A stretch of DNA of 49,301 nucleotides from an uncultured Ignavibacteriota bacterium (GTDB lineage: Bacteria; Bacteroidota; Ignavibacteria; UBA10030; UBA8401): NCBI GenBank assembly GCA_903958625.1, contig CAJBTU010000003.1:1-49301 (forward strand), read 5' to 3'. The notes under the pieces were generated by a model. It was not told the origin of the DNA. It did no database searches and was given only the letters and a program-made list of their open reading frames with translations. Within the stretch, counting starts at the first letter, position 1. Every line of letters begins with the position of its first letter. Shown one piece after another: positions 47,724 through 49,301 of the stretch. Both the position numbers and the translations under genes were made by a program.

Positions 47724-48206
47724 TTATTTCTTACCGAAACGGCTTACGATTGTTTCGACAATATTCGAGGTGGAGCGGTCCGGCACAAATTCAATCGTCT
47801 GCACTTTTCCGCCGGCACGTTCAACAACATCTTTTCCGACGATGGCATCCAGAGAATAATCGGCCCCTTTTACAAGTATGTCCGGCAGAAGAAGCGAAAT
47901 GATGTTGTAGGGCGTATCCTCTTCAAAAAGTGAAACAGCATCCACGCAGACAAGCTGAGAGAGAATGTATGCGCGGTCTTCCTGTTGTACTATTGGACGA
48001 AGTTCCCCTTTGATCCGTTTCACCGATGCATCGCTGTTCATTCCGACGATCAGCCGGTCGCCGAGCGATCTTGCCTGAGTCAGATATTCAATATGCCCGC
48101 GATGCAAAATATCAAAGACGCCGTTCGTAAAGACAACGGTGTGCCCCTCGTCTTTCCATAACTTCCGTTGTGCCGCCAGCGATGATTGTGTATAGACTTT
48201 TCCCAT
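47724..48206 (-). CDS. rfaE2: D-glycero-beta-D-manno-heptose 1-phosphate adenylyltransferase (RfaE domain II / HldC)
   Basis: FTNGVFDILHRGH, NSDASVKRIKG, PDILVKGADY, STSNI. Confidence 0.94.
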   Translation of the reverse strand: MGKVYTQSSLAAQRKLWKDEGHTVVFTNGVFDILHRGHIEYLTQARSLGDRLIVGMNSDASVKRIKGELRPIVQQEDRAYILSQLVCVDAVSLFEEDTPYNIISLLLPDILVKGADYSLDAIVGKDVVERAGGKVQTIEFVPDRSTSNIVETIVSRFGKK

Positions 48207-49201
48207 TAGGCTCGATTTTCCAGGATGGTAGAACGCAAAAGTGCGGGATCGATGGGAATGATGCCGACCTCACCGCAGACAATTCCCCCCGCAACATTTG
48301 AAAGCATTGCGGATTCTGCGATGGATCCTCCGGCGCAGAGAACCGCCGTCAATGTAGCAATGACGGTATCGCCGGCACCGGAAACATCGGCAACCTTTCG
48401 GGCGTGTGTCGGAATATGCGAGACCGTGCCGTTCTTCTGAAACAGGCTCATTCCTTTTTCGCTTCGGGTCAGCAGAATATTCTCCGCGTTCAACCGCTGA
48501 AGAAGAGATTTTCCGGCGGCAATCACTTCCTCTTCCGTCATTAATTTTTGTCCTAGTGCCTCTTCTGTCTCTTTTTTATTCGGTTTAAAGACCGTTACAT
48601 CGGTATATTCAAAAAAATTATTGAATTTCGGATCCACGGTGATGATCTTGTGATGTTTGTTGGCAAGCCGGATGATCTTGTGGATCAATTCTTTAACGAT
48701 AACCCCTTTGTTGTAATCTTCGATGATGATTCCGTCGATCGAATCTATGTTCTTTTCCAGCACATCATATAATTTTTGCCGGATGGATTGATCGATGTCC
48801 TTTTTCTCTTCGCTGTCGATCCGCACCACATGCTGGTTATGAGCGATCACGCGTGTTTTTACACTTGTTGGACGGCTGGGATCGGTCACGATTCCGTCCG
48901 GCGACGTTTTCTGCTGCTGCAATTCGGAACGAAACTCTCGTCCGCTGAGATCGTCGCCCACCACGCCGATTAAAAATGCCGATGCGCCGAGCGAAACAAT
49001 ATTGGTCGCTACATTGGCCGCACCGCCAAGGCGCGAAGTTTCGCTTTCCACTTCCACCACTGGTACAGGCGCTTCGGGAGAGATACGGTTCACTGTTCCC
49101 CACACATAGCGGTCGATCATCACATCGCCAACCACGGCGATCCGTTTTGTCTTTAGATTTGATAGAAGTTCATCTATGCGTTGCGGTGTTAAAGAGATCA
49201 T
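48206..49201 (-). CDS. rfaE1: D-glycero-beta-D-manno-heptose-7-phosphate kinase (RfaE domain I / HldA)
   Basis: GDVMIDRY, RISPEAPVPV, GGAANVA, DYNKG, DVSGAGDTVIA; likely start ATG 49201. Confidence 0.94.
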   Translation of the reverse strand: MISLTPQRIDELLSNLKTKRIAVVGDVMIDRYVWGTVNRISPEAPVPVVEVESETSRLGGAANVATNIVSLGASAFLIGVVGDDLSGREFRSELQQQKTSPDGIVTDPSRPTSVKTRVIAHNQHVVRIDSEEKKDIDQSIRQKLYDVLEKNIDSIDGIIIEDYNKGVIVKELIHKIIRLANKHHKIITVDPKFNNFFEYTDVTVFKPNKKETEEALGQKLMTEEEVIAAGKSLLQRLNAENILLTRSEKGMSLFQKNGTVSHIPTHARKVADVSGAGDTVIATLTAVLCAGGSIAESAMLSNVAGGIVCGEVGIIPIDPALLRSTILENRA

Positions 49202-49301
49202 AGCATCCGATAATTTTTGCATTAATATTAAGAATATAGCCAATAAACCAGCGAGTATCAATTTGGGGGGAAATAATAATCCCCTAAATATTCAAAATTT
49301 A

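Overview
A gene-dense bacterial window. Gene content and style suggest a diderm of the Bacteroidota/Ignavibacteria-Chlorobi (FCB) group; this is an inference, as no marker RNA is present. Most genes are housekeeping or envelope functions: an ECF sigma/anti-sigma pair, a CsgG-like/ABC/POT/LolA-like cluster, carA, a TetR-TolC-MFP-RND efflux operon, ybjQ, rdgB, guaD, radA, a TatT-type TRAP transporter, a two-component system, an APC permease, and an hldA-hldC-tamB-rnr-(metalloprotease-Omp85) run. Four things stand out. (1) A candidate synthase-dependent exopolysaccharide locus at 16638-24491: putative outer-membrane barrel, WecB, a ~1310-aa DUF2334 deacetylase/hydrolase-like fusion and a processive GT2. 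(2) A fossil lysine regulon at ~8394-9260, almost invisible in the ORF track: a lysine riboswitch and attenuator followed by deletion-collapsed remnants of dapB, dapA and dapD, with a nested MITE-like element at the riboswitch 5' edge. (3) A small GIY-YIG gene flanked by inverted REP-like hairpins, sitting inside an ABC operon. (4) A DUF4160/DUF2442 toxin-antitoxin-like pair whose DUF4160 gene is frameshifted in an A8 tract. Several other palindromic or periodic intergenic elements occur. No rRNA, tRNA or CRISPR array was recognised. All family calls come from motif recognition by eye; no database searches were run.
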